64,000 nucleotides of DNA, taken from assembly GCA_963575745.1 (NCBI GenBank), contig CAUYUJ010000212.1, positions 1 through 64,000 on the forward strand. Direction: 5' to 3'. Below the pieces are notes generated by a model. It did no database searches. It was not told the origin of the DNA and worked only from the letters and a program-made list of their open reading frames with translations. Shown piece by piece: positions 1 to 13,300 of this stretch. Position numbers and translations under genes: made by a program. This DNA is from Prorocentrum cordatum (taxonomy: Eukaryota). Every line of letters begins with the position of its first letter. Positions within the stretch are counted from its first letter, which is position 1.

Positions 1-59
1 GCATCCCGAAGTGCGATGGCGACCCGCGCATATCGCGCAAATCCAAGTCCTATCTCGAC

Positions 60-1092
60 TCACGGACCACGCGTCTCCGCTGTCATACATCCGCCAACGC
101 AATAGCACTTACAGGTGTAATGGGCCGCGCGAACTACTCGGGTGCATGGTGGCCCAGTAGGCCACTCGGTGTAACGATGAACTCCCTGGGGTGCCTCGAC
201 GGTGTCCCGCTGGTGTTCCGATGGTGCCCCGATCGCGCATAGGCGAAGTCCCGATTGCGTCGCCCGCCCAAGCGCGGTGGCGGCGGGATCGCGCGGAAGC
301 GCATCTTGGCTGTCGCCCTCGTCATCCAAGGAATCATTGTGGAGCTTCATGTCGCGGCCGTCCTTGCCATCTTTGATGTCGTCGCGGTGCTTGCTGTCGG
401 CGTCGGGGATTGGCTGTAGATGGTAGATCCTGCCCCTCATCTCGCTGACGAGCAGGAAGTAGTTGCCCTCCACGTCGCCGTAGACCACGTCCAGGTGGTC
501 TGTCTCTGGCCTGCGCGCCTTGAAGACCTGCTCTAGATTGTACAAGACGCCATCCAGCTGGCCAATCAACTTCAAGGGCTTGCCGTCCGTGTCGTAGTCG
601 GGGTTCCTATACGGACGACGGGGGCCAATGCCTGGGCTCTCGAAATCGGGCACCACGCGTAGAAGAAAAGATGCCGTGCTTGTTCTCGCCATGCAGCCTG
701 ACGCGGTTACCCCACTCGTCGTAGAACACGTCCGCGTCGTCCCTGTCGGACTTGGTCTTGACCACCGTAGCCGACATCAGCGCTTCGGTTGGAGCCCTTC
801 TTGCCCTTGGTGTAGCCGGCTGCGGAGCCGTCGCTGTAGCCCTCTGCGGAGCCGTCGCTGTAGCCCTTTGCGGAGCCGTCGCTGTAGACCTCGCAGCCAT
901 CGATGAAGGAGCCATCTGCGGAGCCGTCACGCCAGCCCTCTGCGTAGTCGTCGGTGTTGCCATCCGCGGAGCCGTCACTGTAGTCCTCGGCGGAGCCCTT
1001 GTCGTAGACCTCTGCGAGGCCGTCGTATCCCGTGTTGTAGCCCTCTGCGGAACAGCTGTTGCACTCCTCCTAGGAGAGCGAGATCGAGCCAT
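60..1092 (-). pseudogene. Hypothetical protein gene, frameshifted near 670, with an N-terminal 24-bp repeat region
   Basis: ORF 607..1092 (ATG at 1092) overlaps ORF 60..692, whose globular-looking part (FLLRVVPDF...YHLQPIP) continues it. A spliced-leader-like 22-mer lies about 47 nt upstream of the ATG. Confidence 0.45.
815..1050. repeat. 24-bp tandem repeat (GCGGAGCCGTCGCTGTAGCCCTCT), 3 good copies plus degenerate ones
   Basis: Read directly at 821-890; it translates as ATATAPQR repeats. Confidence 0.8.
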
Positions 1093-1138
1093 GGCTCGAA
1101 CTCTTGGCGCTCGCGCGGCCGCTGCGCTGGCTCGAAAG

Positions 1139-1160
1139 CTTGGGCCAAAACGGCTACGGA
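1139..1160 (-). other. Dinoflagellate spliced-leader-like relic
   Basis: Minus strand TCCGTAGCCGTTTTGGCCCAAG matches DinoSL DCCGTAGCCATTTTGGCTCAAG at 20/22 positions. Confidence 0.8.
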
Positions 1161-1812
1161 CCTCAAGCTGATCAAGAACGCGAGCCCCGCCACATGCATG
1201 TCAGTTTCTGGCACCGCAGAGGTTGTCCAACCATGAGCTCTCGCGCGCCTGATCTTTGAACGCTGGCCTGATCTGGGGCACTGGCCGCGTTCAACCTTGA
1301 TCGCCGCAGCGGCGCGATGCATGCCTGCCCTGCGACCCCTGGCCCCAAATGCAGCGAACGTGACCAGATCCCAGCGGCAGGGGCAGTTCGCGCCACGCTG
1401 TCGAGATCCAACCTGGGGGGCGTATATGTTGGAGCACATTCCAGCCGCGGCGACACCTAACTGCCTGGGCCAGGGTCTTCTCAGATGATGGGGCCCTTGC
1501 GTTTCCTCATCCTCCACGTCGCATGCTCACTTGTGTTGCCCCTTGTCATATCCCCCCTCGGGGCCGCTGTAAATGGAAATCAGTTGCGGGCCCCCTGATC
1601 AAAGAAACGCCGACTCAACTGCATCACCCCCCGGCATGCTGCAGCCCCCTGCGAGGACGCGGTCACGGCAACAGGCGCGGCTTGACATCGCGAGAAAGCC
1701 CCGGACCAGGACGCCCAAGATAAGTGGGAGGAACCACGAAGCCCGCTGGAAAGACGATGAGGATCGCGAACGGAGATGGATGAGGCGGAGGAGGACGACA
1801 CCATATTACTGA

Positions 1813-4800
1813 TCAAGGGATCTCCCTCGGCTCCCCGCCAAGAGCTTTCTCCTCGTCAGTAGGCTCGCGCTCCAGCTCGAACAGGCGCTGCAGCTCTGGC
1901 CGAGCCGCAGCCAGCCTCTCTAGGTGCTGGCGCCCCTGAAGTCGCAACTCGTACCCGCCAGACTTCCCCAAGTCCTTCTTGAATAGCTGGTGCGACTCTT
2001 TGTCCACGAACGAATTCTGGTTCAGGAGCCACGCCATCAGGTACCCGATGGGTCGCCCTTCTCCCTTGCGCGGCTTGCGACCCTCGACCCTGGTGATCCG
2101 ATCCATGTGGCAGTTCACGCCCTTAGGCTTGCAATGCTCATTGTGCTTGCAATGGGCGTTCAGCCTGCCCTTAGTCACGTCGTAGACAAGCTCGCCCAGG
2201 CCCTCCAAGGAGACGTACTTCCACTCGCCTGGAGGCGCCAGCGCTCCGGCGGGGGGCGCCCCCGCTCCACCTGCAGGCGCTTCTGCGTCTCCCCCTCCAC
2301 CTGGAGGCGCTGCCGCAGCACCTGGGGGACCTCCATCTCCGCCAGGTGGCCCTCCAACAGCGACATCAAGCCCTTCGCCAGCAAGTGGGCAACCGCCATC
2401 TCCGCCAGAGTGGCCCCCACCTCCGCCCGAGTCAGGCGGGCGGCAGCAGGGGGTGGGCGATGGCGAGGGCCGCGGCGGACGAGGCTGAGGCAACGGAGGC
2501 GGGCGGCGCAGAGGAGGAGGCGGAGGAGGTGGTGGATGGGGGCGGTGGAGGAGGAGGCGCAGGAGGACGCGGAGGAGGAAGAGGAGGAGGCGGAGGAGGC
2601 GGCGGACGAGGCGGCGGACGAGAGCGGGCGGAAGAGAAAGTGGAGGAGGAGATGTCAGGAGGAGGAAGAGCGGGAGGAGGTGGATGGGGGAGGAGGAGTT
2701 CAGGAGGTACAATCATCAGCGCGCCTTCTGGAGCACTGTGCACCTTGTGATCTGGTTTCTTCGGGGCGATCGCCATGGCGTTATCGTCCAAGCTGTCGTC
2801 GCTATCATCACTTCGTTCCGGGCTGACGTCGACGTATTCCGGGGGATCCGAGGTGTCGCTGCTGGCTCCTCCAAGCGCAGACTTGTCCAGCAAAGGCTTC
2901 TTGGCGACCTCGCCCCTATCGTTCTCGAGCCGCCTCGCTGGCCGCCGCAGAGAATTGAAGCCCGCATTGATAACGTCGCCCAGCCCGTTGAGGTCGTCGA
3001 ACTCACCATCCTTGATACCAACGCCGCCCGTCTCGTCGTCCTTGGGCTTCTTGAGCAGTATGACGTGATCTGGAGCAGCTTGCGACTCTGCACCAATATG
3101 TCCCAGAGAACGGTCGGAATCTATGTCGATATCAGCCCTGGCGGAGACCAGAGGCTTACCCAACACCGTTATCGCAACGCTGTGCATGCCCTTCCTGTGC
3201 CCGATAAGCTGCTTGATAAACGTATGATGGGATCCCCGTTTCAAAACGTTATTCTCCAACGCAGGTCTCAGAATGTGGATGTTCTCTACAGCAATGCCCT
3301 CGCGATTGAAGTCGCCCAGCTCAACGAACAGACCAATTGGGGGATCTTGCTTTCGAACATGGCAGCAGTACATAAACATCGTTGCCAAAATGTTCATCTC
3401 CTGGCAAACCAGCTCCAGCTTCAAGATTTTCCGAATCGGCTCGTCCTCTTTCAAGATTTTGTAGAAACTGGATGCTGCTGAACAGATCTGGCCATAGTTC
3501 GAATTATCCACAGTGCGGCAGATACCAGGGTGCGCCTCCATACATCGCTGTCTCACCGAGAACTTCCGTTCCTTCGGGATAGATCCTCTGAGGTAAACTC
3601 AATTGTCGCGAGCCGTCAGACACCCAACGAGATGCAGACAGAGATCATTCGGTGGGGGGACAGGCGAGAGGCGATTATGGGAGGCAGGAAACACAATAGG
3701 GAGCGCGAGGAAGGAGAGAGTAGAGAGGGAAATGAGAACGGGAGAGGACAGGGGGAAAGGAGAGAAGATTATGGGAAGGGGACTCAGAGTGACCCATGTG
3801 TCCTGCATCTCGGACAAGCGAGCCCCGCTGGTAAGCCTCCCTGCAAGAGTATCCCCAACTATTGAACGTTAGCGACTCCTCGTTGTCATCGCGCAAGCCC
3901 CTGCGCGGCCGAGCCCGAGATCTCGCGGCCTCCAAGAACTTCTCTGGACAGACGGGCATCTCAGCTGTAGCCAGTCCCCAAGCACAAGCGGCCACCTGAA
4001 CCTCGGACCCACCAACTGTCCTCAACTTCGAAGATCTCCGCTTGTTGTCATCGGCGTCGCGCCTCTGCTGTCCAGCGCGCCGTCTGTAGGAGCTCTGCTC
4101 CCCGGGAAGCAGGCTAGCAAACTGAGAGGCCCTGAGCTTCATGAACTCCGCGCGGTCGTTTGGATCGCCATCCTGGCGCGGGTGCTCCTTGGCGTAAAGG
4201 AACAAGGCCGTGCATCCTCCTCTCGTCTCGCCCTCCTTCCTCAAAGCATCCATCTGGGCCTGGAGGGGCACTCCAGCCGCAATCATGCTCGACCGCGTGT
4301 CCACCGTTGGATCCTGCCTGCCTTCAGATAAGTGGCGCCCCATGAACTGCGTCAAGTACCCGTCGCTCAAGTATCTCTCTGCCAAATACGGTCGGACATC
4401 GCCTCCGCTCTGCCCCATGGCTGCCAGCAGTCGTTCAACGTGCATGTTCGTCACCTTGGATGCTTGGCCCCAAAGTTTAAGCATTATCCTGGCATCTTTG
4501 TCTGCTATCATCGCATCGGGAGATGGATACTTAGAACGCAACTTAATGGAGAAAGCGTCGTCGAGACAACACGCTGGGACACGGAAGAACTCATGAACCA
4601 CCCAAGAGTTGTATGAATGCGCGGCCCACAGGAGTAATCTGAATGGCCAGTCCTCCAAGACAGATTGAAATCGCCACCATATAAAGACGCCAAGACAGAA
4701 CAAAGTATGAAGGCACTCCTCTTGCACATCCTGCAGGTCGCGAGGCGAGTTCTCGAAATGATGCCTCAGAAATAACAACTCTGGGGATCCACGCTGCAGC

Positions 4801-5866
4801 GCCCTCCCCACGTCAGCCTGGACGCGCCTGAACGGGCTGTCATCGCAACACACATCAATAAGGCATCCGCCCTCGTTGTCCAAGTGCTGCAAGCGAGCCC
4901 ACGCCCATTCCAACGTCTTCAGGCAGACAGTCAGCGCGATGATCCTCGCGCAGCGCGATCTGTCCTGGAGGCTCAGCCTACTGCGCTGGACCTTCCCTTT
5001 GATGTAACGACGATCGCGGTTGTCGTCGTCCTCGCCGGCCACCCCGTCAATGAAGTCCTTCTGCTCGGGGAAAGCTTCGACGAAGGCCCGTCTGAGGAGG
5101 CCCGAGATCATGAGGCCGGGCAGCTGCTCGCACATCGCGGCCACCGCGCTGTCAAACCTTTGGGCCCGCTCCACATCCGTCTCCGACCCGACTCCTCGCC
5201 CCTCCTCGGCGTCAAATTCGAACCCATCGTGCCTCTCGGCGCCCTCATCGCCGACCTCATCGCCATCCTCGTCGCCCTCCTCGTCGCCCTCCTCGCCGTC
5301 CTCCTCACCGACCTCCTCGCCGTCCGCCTCGTCGCCCTCGGCGTCTTCCTCCTCGTCATCTTCGTCGTCACACATGTCGCTGTTCTCGTCGTCATCTTCG
5401 TCGCCACCCTTGTCGTCGTCATCGCTGTCGCCCTCGTCGTCGTTCTCGTCGCCGTCCTCGCCGTCGTCCTCGTCGTCGACCGCGTTGTCGCCCACGTCGT
5501 CGTCACCTTCGACCACCGCGTCTGTCTCCTCGTTCACCTCATCGTCGCCATCCTCGCCGCCCCCCTCGTCGCCCTCCTCGTCCTCGCCATCGCCCTCCCC
5601 GCGTCCGCTCACCCGCGTCGTGGCCCTCCCACTGTCCCTGGGCCTCGCCCTCGCGTCTTTTTGCGGGTCGGGGAGGGGGGGGCTTCTGCCCTCGGGGGCC
5701 GATGCTTGGCTGGGATGATGCAGCCCGAGCCGGGGGCGACCATGCCCTCCACGATCGCGTCGAAGACATGATTGACTGCCTCCTGCCGATTGCTGCAGGC
5801 GCCGCACGTCACCTCGTAGTGCACTAGGCGCTCGTCGCGGATATCCCAGTTCACAAACTGGAGCAC
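1813..5866 (-). pseudogene. Large decayed gene, possibly a hAT-like DNA transposase, with a Cys/His-rich C-terminal domain
   Basis: Chain of ORFs 5609..5866, 3675..5807, 2432..3556 and 1813..2712. Motifs WPFRL...CCLD...FS.KL...W...TNMHVER recall the hAT C-terminal S/T..VER motif. C-terminal HCKH..HC...C...GRPIGYLMAWL. It is interrupted by an acidic triplet expansion and truncated at a poly-G repeat. Confidence 0.4.
3586..3802 (-). other. Putative 217-bp GA-AG intron
   Basis: Splicing CAG|GA...CAGAG|GA joins ORF 3675..5807 (..RDAG) in frame to SIPKERKFSVRQRCMEAHPG of ORF 2432..3556. Confidence 0.55.
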
Positions 5867-5979
5867 TTTGGACGCGCGCCCCCGGGGCGAAGAATTAGGG
5901 ATAGGGATAGGATTGCGAGAACGAGGAGGCGGGCGAGGAGGAATAGGAGGCAGATCAGCGTCTCAGCCCTCTCGCCCTA

Positions 5980-6057
5980 GTCCCACCAGCCCCCTGGGCG
6001 TCGGTGGTTTAGAGCGTTTGCCAGAACACCCCTCCTTCTTCACATATTTTGTTGTTG

Positions 6058-6088
<31 letters not shown>

Positions 6089-6089
6089 T

Positions 6090-6134
<45 letters not shown>

Positions 6135-6778
6135 ATCCCCCCCCTGACCGGAGGGGAGGGAGGTCCTCGAGTCGTCGACGCCCGCAACGGCATCGGCGAT
6201 TTACTCCAGTTGTGGTTCCATGTGCTCTGAGTGGGCTCGCCCCGGCAGCCCCCCCCCCCCCCCCCCCCCACACAATTCATCCCCACCCCCACCCCACCCC
6301 CCACCCCCACCCCCCGTGATCGTTCGCACCCCAAGGAAGCCTCAATGATGCCCCCGCAGCTCCCGAGGGCGCCCGAAGGGCCCAAGAGGTTGCCAGGAAA
6401 CCCCAAAAGGGCCCCCAGGATGCCCCCCCCCCCCCCCCCCCCCCCCCAAAGCTGCCAAGAGACCCCCAAGAGGCTCCAAGAAGCCCCCCAGAGGCCCCCC
6501 AGAGGCACCCAAGATGCGCCAAGAGGTCTCAGCGGGAATGCCAAATCATTGGTTTCACACTGGTTTTAGCCACATAATGGCCTCTTGGGGGGGGGAAGGC
6601 ACTGATTGAGATGACTCCAAGAGCGCCTGCGAGAGCCAAGATGACCTCCAAGATGGCTCAAGGTATCCTAAGATGTCTAATAATGGCATCCTCTGCGCAG
6701 TGCCCATTTCCTTGATCGACGCAATTTCTCTGGACATCGTTTCTGGATGGGCTGGCGGGGATTCGCGAAGCGTTCACA
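5980..6778. repeat. Dispersed repeat fragment: poly-G/poly-C runs, CCCAAGAGG-type repeats and a copy of the TIR motif of the 53356-57403 element
   Basis: 6739-6773 GTTTCTGGATGGGCTGGCGGGGATTCGCGAAGCGT matches 57365-57399. 5980-6020 is the reverse complement of a motif at 54325-54365. Confidence 0.6.
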
Positions 6779-7568
6779 AATCCTCAAGCTACTCCTTCTC
6801 CTCCCATGCCAGCCCCCATCTTGGGCTTCCTCATCGCCTCCGCCACTCCTTCGTCCCCCCCGGCTGTCCTGGCCTACGCGCTCGCGCGCATGCCCTGGGA
6901 ATCCAGGCGGCCGCGAATCCAAGCCGCGCGCCCCAGCGAGTGGTCGAGCAACGTCTTCGCGTGGGATGCCCACGAGGCCAGCGGCTGCAGCTTCTGCTCG
7001 AACTCCAGGCGCTCGTTGAGCAGTCGCCGGAGGCCCTGGAGGAACGCATCCCTGCGAGTGGAGCCGCCGAGGACGAACGCCACCGCGTGCGCGTCCCCGA
7101 TCAGCTTGGACTCGCCCGTCAGGACGACCATCAGCCTCGGGGAGGCGCGGGTTTACTTCGACGCCATACTCACCTATGAATCCCACCTCTCTGATCTATC
7201 AGTCCTACCGAGCCCGATCCGACCCAGCTCCCGACCCCCAATCCGTTCGGGCACCTGCTCGCAAGAAAACTCGGGCACCCCGAGGCAGCTCTCGACGAGG
7301 CGCAGCAGCTGAAAGGCATCCTGTCGCGACGCCACCTCCAAGAACCTTCACATACGTAAACCATTCCTGCCTCCCCCCGTCTTCACCGGCTGCGCCGCCT
7401 GTGCATGGTGTGTATGACGCACCCGGGCAGCGGCGAGACTAGGATGTTCGGCGCGCCCGCAAAAGTCTCGATGGTGAACAACCTCTTCCGCCTGTTCGGC
7501 TTGCAGTCGTCAGGGTTCTCCGACCATATGACGAACTTCGTTCTGCCTGCCATCTCGATCGCCTGCGC

Positions 7569-7616
7569 GTGGTCATCGTCATCGTCTGTCGTCGTCGTCT
7601 CTCGTCGTCGTCGTCG

Positions 7617-7656
<40 letters not shown>

Positions 7657-7910
7657 TCTCGTCGTCGTCGTCACTCGTCGTCGTCGTCGTCGTCGTCTCT
7701 CGTCGTCGTCGTCGTCTCTCGTCGTCGTCGTCGTCGTCGTCTCTCGTCGTCGTCGTCGTCGTCGTCTACGTCGTCGTCGTCTGTCGTCGTCGTCTGTCGT
7801 CGTCGTCTGTCGTGGTCGTCGTCTGTCGTCGTCATCGTCTGTCGTCGTCGTCTGTCGTCGTCTTTCGTCGTCGTATGTCGTCGTATGTCGTCGTCTGTCG
7901 TCGCCGCCGT
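7569..7910. repeat. (GTC)n microsatellite, degenerate
   Basis: Direct reading; further GTC/GAC tracts occur at 8270-8340 and 8520-8715. Confidence 0.95.
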
Positions 7911-10327
7911 CGGCGAATCCATCCGTGGTGGCGAGAGCCCCCCCTGACCCTCCCTCGCCCGCCTCCTCCTCCTCCGCCTCCTCCTGCTCCTGTTACTCCT
8001 CCTCCTCCTGCTCCTCCGCCTCCTCCTCCTGCCCCCCCCCCTCTCCTCCTCGTCGGCCCAGGCCCAGGCTCGCCTTCGTCGTGGTCAGACTCGGAAGGGC
8101 GCCCTCCAAAGCCTGGTCGACGCACGAAGCAGTGCCGCATTCCAGGAGGACGGGCCCGACGAGCACCTTCCCGCCGAAGACGGCCCCCTCGCGGTCCAGC
8201 ACGTGGAAGTCCGCAGCCTGGACTCCGCCCCCCGCCCTCATCCTCCTCCTGTTCCCCCCCCACACCCCGCTCGACGACGACGACGACGACGAAGACGACG
8301 ACTGCAAAACAGCGGCGGCGGCGGCGACGACGACGACTTCCCAATCCCCCGCTGGGCAGCCTGCGCGAAGACATCCATGACGCCCGCGCCAGGCGCCTTT
8401 CTGCTGAAATGGCCCTCGTCGCGCATCTTCTGCAGCGGCCATAGACGCCAGCGCCCGTCCTGCATCACAAAACCCGCGCGCCCTGACGCGCAGAGACCCC
8501 GCGATGCATGCATCCGTCGCCGTCTCCACCTCCACCGCCGCTGCGCCGTCGTCGTCGTCGCGGTCGTCGCCGCCGGCATCGTCGTCGTCGCCGCCGCCGT
8601 CGTCCTCGGCGCCCCGCCGCCGCCAGGCGTTGTCGACGTTGTGGTCGTCGTCGTCGACGCCCTCGTCGTCGTCGCCGTCGTCGCAGTCGTCGTCGTCGTC
8701 GTCGCCGTCGTCGGGGGTCCCGGGCGCGGCGGAGCCGCGTAGATAGCGCGCCAGGGGCTCCAGGACGCGCTGCACGGCGCCGAAAGCGAGGCGGACAGGA
8801 GTGCCTGAGAGGGCGGCGCGGGAGGAGCGTGGACGGGCGACGAGCATAGGGGGAGACACGCGACGATTGCACATTTAGGGGCGGGGGGGGGCGACGGGTG
8901 AGGATTAAGAAGAAGTGAGCAGCAAGAAGGGGGGTGCGACGAGGAGAGAGGGGCGCGAGGTGGAGCGAGGTAGAGCGAGGCGAAGCGAGGAGAAACGAGC
9001 ACGGGGAGCGACGGAAACCTGTGGAGCGAGGCAGAGAGAGGTGGAACGAGGCGGGCGACGCGGGGCGAGGCGGAGCGAGGAAGAGAGAGGGAACGACTGC
9101 GCGGAGAAGCAGCAGGCGGGGGAGGAGGGGTGGAGAAAGCGGAAGCGGCACAAGAGGAAGGTAGGACCCCCCCCCTCGCCGTGTCCCGCCCCCCTCTAAA
9201 TCTGACCCCATCCATGCACACTCATCGCTAATCCACCCTCGTCCGTCATCCCTTCCCTGCCCCATCCCTCATCCCTTCTCCCACATCCGCTGCCGTCATG
9301 ATGGCGGCCGATGAAGACGCATGCGCTGCCGCTGGCGCGATCGTCGATCACCTTGGCGACAGCAGAAGCCATCAAGTCCTGGCGGGGGGGCCGGGGGATG
9401 GGGGGGCCCGACAACATGGCGACGCTGTCGAGAAGGAAGAGAATGGGAGGGCAGGATAATGGAAAGTAGAGCGATGGGAAAACCGTGGAAAGATGGGGGG
9501 GAGGCAGCGAGATGAGGAGAGAACAACTAATAGGGGGGTACACTGACGAGGGTGAAAATGAAGAAGGAGTAGGATAAGGATGACGAAGAGGAGATGGAGG
9601 GGAGAAGAGCAGCGACGAGGAGGATGAGGACAGCGTAGAATGACGGGCAGCGCAGAGAGGGGAGAGGGAGGGGGATATCCTGGTGGAGCTGGGCGGACGC
9701 GGACGCCATGTCTGTCTCCCTCGTCGCGTGGCTCAACGCGTTTTGATTGGTCGAGCGCTCCTTTCGGCGCCCGCCGCGCCCACCTATGTTTCTGCACGTG
9801 AGCCTCTGCAGCGCCCGGGCGCCCCATGCCTGGGAATCCTCCTCCTCCTCCTCCTCCTCCTCCTCCTCCTCCTCCTCATCATCATCATCATCATCCTCCT
9901 CGTCCTCCGCCTCCTCCTCCTCCTCCTCCGCCCCCCCCTCGTCCTCCTCATCATCCACCTCCTCGTTCTCCACGTCCTACAAGAACCCAGGCGTTCCTCC
10001 TCCTCCTGTTCCTTCTCCTCTTCCTCCTCCTCCTCCTTCTCTCCCGCCTCTTCCCCCTCCTGCTCCGTCGACTCCTCATCCTCCAACGCCCCCCTCCATT
10101 GCGGGCCCCCTCTCGGATCCCCCGTTGCCTTCCCGCCCCAATCGGGCCGTTTGGTGGCGCCTTTCAGCACCACCTTGTCGCCTCGGCGGAGCTGCCAAGC
10201 ATTGTGCTTGGCCACGAATGCGTCGATGCCCCGCTTGCTGGCTGCGGGCCTGCGGCGGGGCGCCGGGAAGCGGAGGGGCGCCGGGCGCTGGAAGACGGGG
10301 GCGGGGAAAAAGGGGGGAGGGGGAGGA

Positions 10328-10358
<31 letters not shown>

Positions 10359-13300
10359 GAGGAGGAGCAGGAGGAAAAGGAAGAGGACGAGGAGGAGAGG
10401 CGGACCAACAGAAGCACGTAGGGGGAGGAGGAGAAAATAAGACGATGAGGAAGAGCAGGAGCACGGGCCTGGAGCGGGCTGCGCGGGGGAGTCGCAGCCG
10501 CGCCGCGGGGCGAGCGCCCACGAAGGCGCCAGCGCGGCGCCGGCGCTCGGGCAGTCGCGGCGGGCCGCCGAGAGCGCCAACAGCCCACTGCGGCTGGGCC
10601 GCTGGGCGCGGCAGGCGGGCGCCGCGCGCGATTGCGCCATCGGCGACGGCGCCGCGCGCGATGGCGCCGCCTGGAGGCGGCCCTTCCCCATCCGCGCAGG
10701 GGAAAAGGCCGAGGCCTCCTGAGGCCAAGTCCAAAATGGACATTGGGCCTAATGGCCCTCCGAATGGAGGAGGGCGAGGGAGAAGGAAGACGAGGATGAG
10801 GAGGAAGAGGAGCACGGACAGCAAGGAGGGAGAAGGAAAAAGGGGACGGAGAGAGGGGGGGAACAAATGGACAGAGAAGGGGGAAGGAAGAAGGAAGGAG
10901 GGGAGGGGACGCGGGCACGCATATAAGAAGAAGGTGGAGGGAGGGGAGGGAAAAGGAGGAGAAGGAGGAAGAGGGGGGGGGATGGAGGCAGGGGGAGGAA
11001 CATGGCGGAAGGGAGGGAGGGGGGAGCGAGGTATCAGGGATGGAACATCCGCCACCGTGCCTCCGAGGCACGAATTGGACTGCCCTGACAGCACTTGTAG
11101 TCGTCTGTCCTCTGTCCTTGGGCTTGAACAACTACATGGCCTACAATGCACGTATATATACATACATATATATATATACATATGTATATATGAATGTCTA
11201 TAGTTACAATTATATGTATATGTGTAAATGTATGGAAGTGTTCGTGATTTCGCTGCCGAACGTGTTCGTTCCCTGTATATGATATATTGCTGGGGTTATG
11301 ATGCATGGGTGTTGCGTACGCTTATTCTGAATTGATGTATATAAGTATTGCATGTATTTATTTATTTGAATTATTTGTTTGTTTGCTTTGTTTTTTTGTT
11401 TTTTTTGTCGGCGCTCTGGCCGAATTCTTTTCCTCCGCCGATAGAAATGCTCTTATTGTGAGAGTTGGGAAACCTCAAGTCATGGGGGTCATCGGGGGCC
11501 CACGGTGCTCATAGGGGTCCTGGGGCTCCTTGGAGTCACCAGCTCTCGGGGGCCATTTGGCTCATGGAGCTCGCAATACTCCTCGGGGCCATAGGCGCTA
11601 GCAGAGCGCGCAGGCCTCGCAGGGCTCATGGACCGATTGGGGCGAAGGGGCAAGTCGGGGCCATAGGGCTCATTGGGCCCATAGGCCGCATACGGTTCAC
11701 TGGGCTCGCAGGGCTCAGAAGGGGGGGCCCATGGGTCTCGCAAGGCTTCGCGGCTCTTAGCGCTGAGGGGCTCTAAGGCGCACGAGACGCACAGGCCTGC
11801 CTCATAGGGGTCATCGCCCTCCTATGGTGTCATGGAGGGTCGGGGGGGCATGGGGATCGGCCCATTGAGTTCATGGGGCCCCTGGGGCTCGTGAGCTCAT
11901 AGAGTTCATCGGGCTTCTGGTGCTCATAGGCGTCAACGGGCTCATCCGGCTCATAGGGCCCATGGAGCTTGGAGAGCTCATGGGCTCGTAGGGCCCCTAA
12001 GGCTCATTGGGCTCCTAGGGCTCATAGGAGCACTCGGGTTCGCGGTGGCCATCGGGCCCATGGGGCCCATAGGGCTTACAGGATGAAGGGGAGGATGGGG
12101 GTAGGTTTTTGGAGAGAGCGGCAGAGGGGAAGACCAGTTGAGGAGGCCACTCAGGAAGCTCCAAAGGGACAGCGCGGTCGATGCGAGGCCGCGGCGCCTG
12201 AGGGCGGAAACAGAGGGCCACGCTGAGGTCGGCCAGCGCCAGCAGCCGGACATCGCCGAACGCGGAGCTGACGTAGGCGATCGCACGGACTGCGTCGTCG
12301 CACCCGACGACGCCGACCTCGGCGGCGCGTCGGCGGCCCCCGGGAGGAGCTCGCCGATGACTCCCCAGTCCAGCTCGCCCCACGCGCAGCGACCGTCGCG
12401 GCGGAACGCGCGGAAGAAGAGCTGTCGAACCGTGTGCCCCCGAAAGTATTTGCACCCAGCGTGGAGGTGCATGAGTTTCGGTTCCCGCGACTCCAGCGGT
12501 TCGCGGAGGACACCGGGGCCCCAGGTGGCAGGCGGCGTCGCGGTGAACTTGCCCACGAAATTGCGCACAGCAGCCATGCTGGCGCCATCGTCGACGAGCT
12601 CCTGCAGCGCGGCCAACCCGCCGACAGGGCGGCGGGTATCGAACCGCGACCCCCCGGGCTTGAAGCGCTGACTCAAGTGGTGAACCACGTCCGCGGCGCC
12701 CTGCATCGCGAAGGCGGCGGCGCGGGAGGAGACAAATTTCGCGAAGGCAAGCACCACGCGGCGCCAAGGCGCCACGTGCATGAGCGCAATCCATCCGAAA
12801 ATGTCGGCGTCGTGCTCCAGCACGGACGTCAGAACAGTCTCTGCGTAAAGAAATGCTTCGGCGTCTGCCCGCTCGGAGATGCGCGACCACGCGGGGGCAG
12901 GGGGCGCAGCGTCCGCGGACAGGGGCGCGGCGACGTCCACGAACGCGGCAGGGGGCTGCCAAAAAACGCGTTCGCTCGAGAGGCCGTCGCCGTCGCGGTC
13001 TGCCCCGGGCGCAGCATTCGGCGCCAGATCTGGCGGGGGCACCACGGGGTTACCGGCAGCAGGGGCTGCCTGAGGAGCTTGGCCGCGTCGGCGTCGGCGT
13101 CGAGCAACGCTTGTAGCTGGGCGACCTCCGCCCGCAGGCGGCGGACCTCAGTTCAGGCGAAAGACGGGCCCAAAAGGGCCCCCTCGGCAGCCAACGGCGC
13201 CCACCTCGGGACCAATCGAGCGAGAAGGCGACGCAGTTGCCGCGCTGGGGCAGGCCGAGTTCCCCGCGCGGAGCGGAAAGGCCAGCCCAAGACGCCGTGA

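Noticed and set aside
7400..11200. Long poly-R/S/P/E/G ORFs (for example 9683..11203 and 9784..11181)
   Set aside because: They are by-products of triplet microsatellites and high GC content and contain no domain motifs.
11978..13300. GC-rich ORFs that might be a decayed gene
   Set aside because: Several frames are open and no motif is recognisable, so I cannot support a product call.
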